A stretch of DNA of 35,883 nucleotides. Origin: Coriobacteriales bacterium (GTDB lineage: Bacteria; Actinomycetota; Coriobacteriia; Coriobacteriales; UBA8131). Of this stretch, positions 34,726 to 35,883 are shown one piece after another (position 1 is the first letter of the stretch; every line of letters starts with the position of its first letter). The translations under genes and the position numbers were made by a program. The notes below the pieces were generated by a model, which had not been told where the DNA came from, searched no databases, and was given only the letters and a program-made list of their open reading frames with translations. Location of the stretch: contig JAISGJ010000236.1 of assembly GCA_031263105.1 (NCBI GenBank), positions 1 through 35,883 on the forward strand, read 5' to 3'.

Positions 34726-35124
34726 ACAGGACTGGCCGAGCAGCAGCTCGGCCAGCTTCCTTTTCAGGGCGTCGAACTCCTCCTGGCCGACCATCCCCGT
34801 CTTGTTCGCCAGCCTCGCGCTGTCCCAGACCCCGGCCTGGCTCAGGAGGGCGACGCTCGGCCTTCCCTTGACCGTGACCTCGTGGTAGTGCCTCCCGCGA
34901 TTCCTGGTGGTCGAGAGCGGGACGCCCCAGAACAGCCAGTCGTTGAACTTCTTGACGACCAGCACCGGGCGGCGGAACATGGGCCCCTTCCCGTCCTCCT
35001 CGAACCCGACGTTCTCGCCGATGCTCGTCCAGAAGACGTCGCGCTCCTTGAACGACGCGTGGCGGCCCGCGTTGTTCACCCCCGCCTTGACGGGCATCCA
35101 CCTGCTGTAGTCCTTCTCGCCCAT
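34723..35124 (-). CDS. PemK/MazF-like endoribonuclease toxin without an adjacent protein antitoxin
   Basis: DVFWTSIGENVGFEEDGKG..RRPVLVVKKF..FWGVPLST..ALLSQ...DSARL; ATG at 35124 with GAGGGAG RBS. Confidence 0.85.
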   Translation of the reverse strand: MGEKDYSRWMPVKAGVNNAGRHASFKERDVFWTSIGENVGFEEDGKGPMFRRPVLVVKKFNDWLFWGVPLSTTRNRGRHYHEVTVKGRPSVALLSQAGVWDSARLANKTGMVGQEEFDALKRKLAELLLGQSC

Positions 35125-35195
35125 GCTCCCTCTCTTCTCCTCTCCGCCTTCCGGCCCCTCCGGCCCCCTCCCCCTCGCCCGCTGCGGCCCAGAGG

Positions 35196-35776
35196 CTACT
35201 GCCCGACACTCCACGCGACGTAGTCCTGCTCGCTCGAGAAGATGCTGTTCCCGTAGAGCAGCTTCGCTATCCCGTCCTCCTCGAGGAAGTACAGGTGCTT
35301 CGTGAAGGACCCGCCGGGCGCGAGGTTCCCCGACGACATCTCGTCGGTCGCCCCCTCGACCATGAAGGCGGTGCTGTCCCGCACGCCGCTCACGGTCTGC
35401 GCCTGCCAGTCGAACGGGTTGAACGAGTGCTCGCGGTCGGAGCCGTTCGTGTAGGACACCGTCACCTGTATCGCGGGCTTGTCCTCGTAGTCGTACCAGC
35501 CCGCCTCCACCGCGTCGACCGAGACGGTCAGCCCGTCCTGCACCTCGTAGGCCGTGCCGACGGGGAGGTTCTGCGGGTCGGGGCCGGGCTCCGGCTCGGG
35601 CTCCTCCGCGTCGGGAGCCGCCGCCCCCGTGGCCCCGCCCGGCTCCTCCGCCACGGGCCTGTCGGCGGGAGGCGCGTCCTCGCCGCCGCCGCTGCTCGCC
35701 GCCGCTATGCCGATGCCGATGACGGCCACGACGAGGATCCAGAGCCAGGGACGCTTATAGACCGGCTTCTTCACCC
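35196..35776 (-). CDS. Membrane-anchored DUF4352-like (Ig-like) protein, 5' end broken at the contig edge
   Basis: KKPVYKRPWLW plus transmembrane helix, Pro/Glu linker, VTVSYTNGSD..FNPFDW, SGNLAPGG. Confidence 0.75.
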
Positions 35777-35883
35777 GGGGGGGGGGGGGGGGGGGGGGGG
35801 CCGGGGTGGGGGAAAGGCACGGTGCGCGCAGGTGGACCATTGGGGTTCACATAGTTTTCTTTGGCGCCCACTTGGCGGGACAA
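35777..35883. other. Poly-G run and low-quality tail, probable artefact
   Basis: 24 G followed by sequence unlike the rest of the genome at the contig end. Confidence 0.75.

Noticed and set aside
35777..35840. MVHLRAPC...PPPPPPP N-terminus, or a biological G-quadruplex/poly-G tract
   Set aside because: Contig-edge homopolymer typical of signal dropout; a better start exists at position 90.

Overview
An essentially complete, very GC-rich temperate siphophage genome of about 35.8 kb. Its gene families resemble those of Gram-positive phages; a high-GC Actinomycetota host such as Coriobacteriia is my inference. Gene order: cI/cro switch; excisionase-like and early genes; APSE-type replication block (DUF2800 nuclease, DUF2815 SSB, family A DNA polymerase, VirE primase-helicase, VRR-NUC, SNF2); a repeat-bounded accessory cassette; late activator; terminase, portal, minor head, scaffold and capsid; connectors and tail; holin and endolysin; intact attP with a tRNA-Ser 3' core; and a leftward arm of integrase, a solo PemK/MazF-like toxin and a DUF4352-like membrane protein. 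The two window ends appear to be halves of one gene broken at poly-C/poly-G artefacts, so the molecule is probably the excised circular form. The most interesting signal is that both predicted RNase toxins (the PemK-like gene and a CdiA-CT-like tip on the minor head protein) lack an obvious protein antitoxin. Each is instead followed immediately by convergent antisense promoters driving short hairpin RNAs, suggesting candidate RNA antitoxins. All family assignments come from motif recognition, not database searches.
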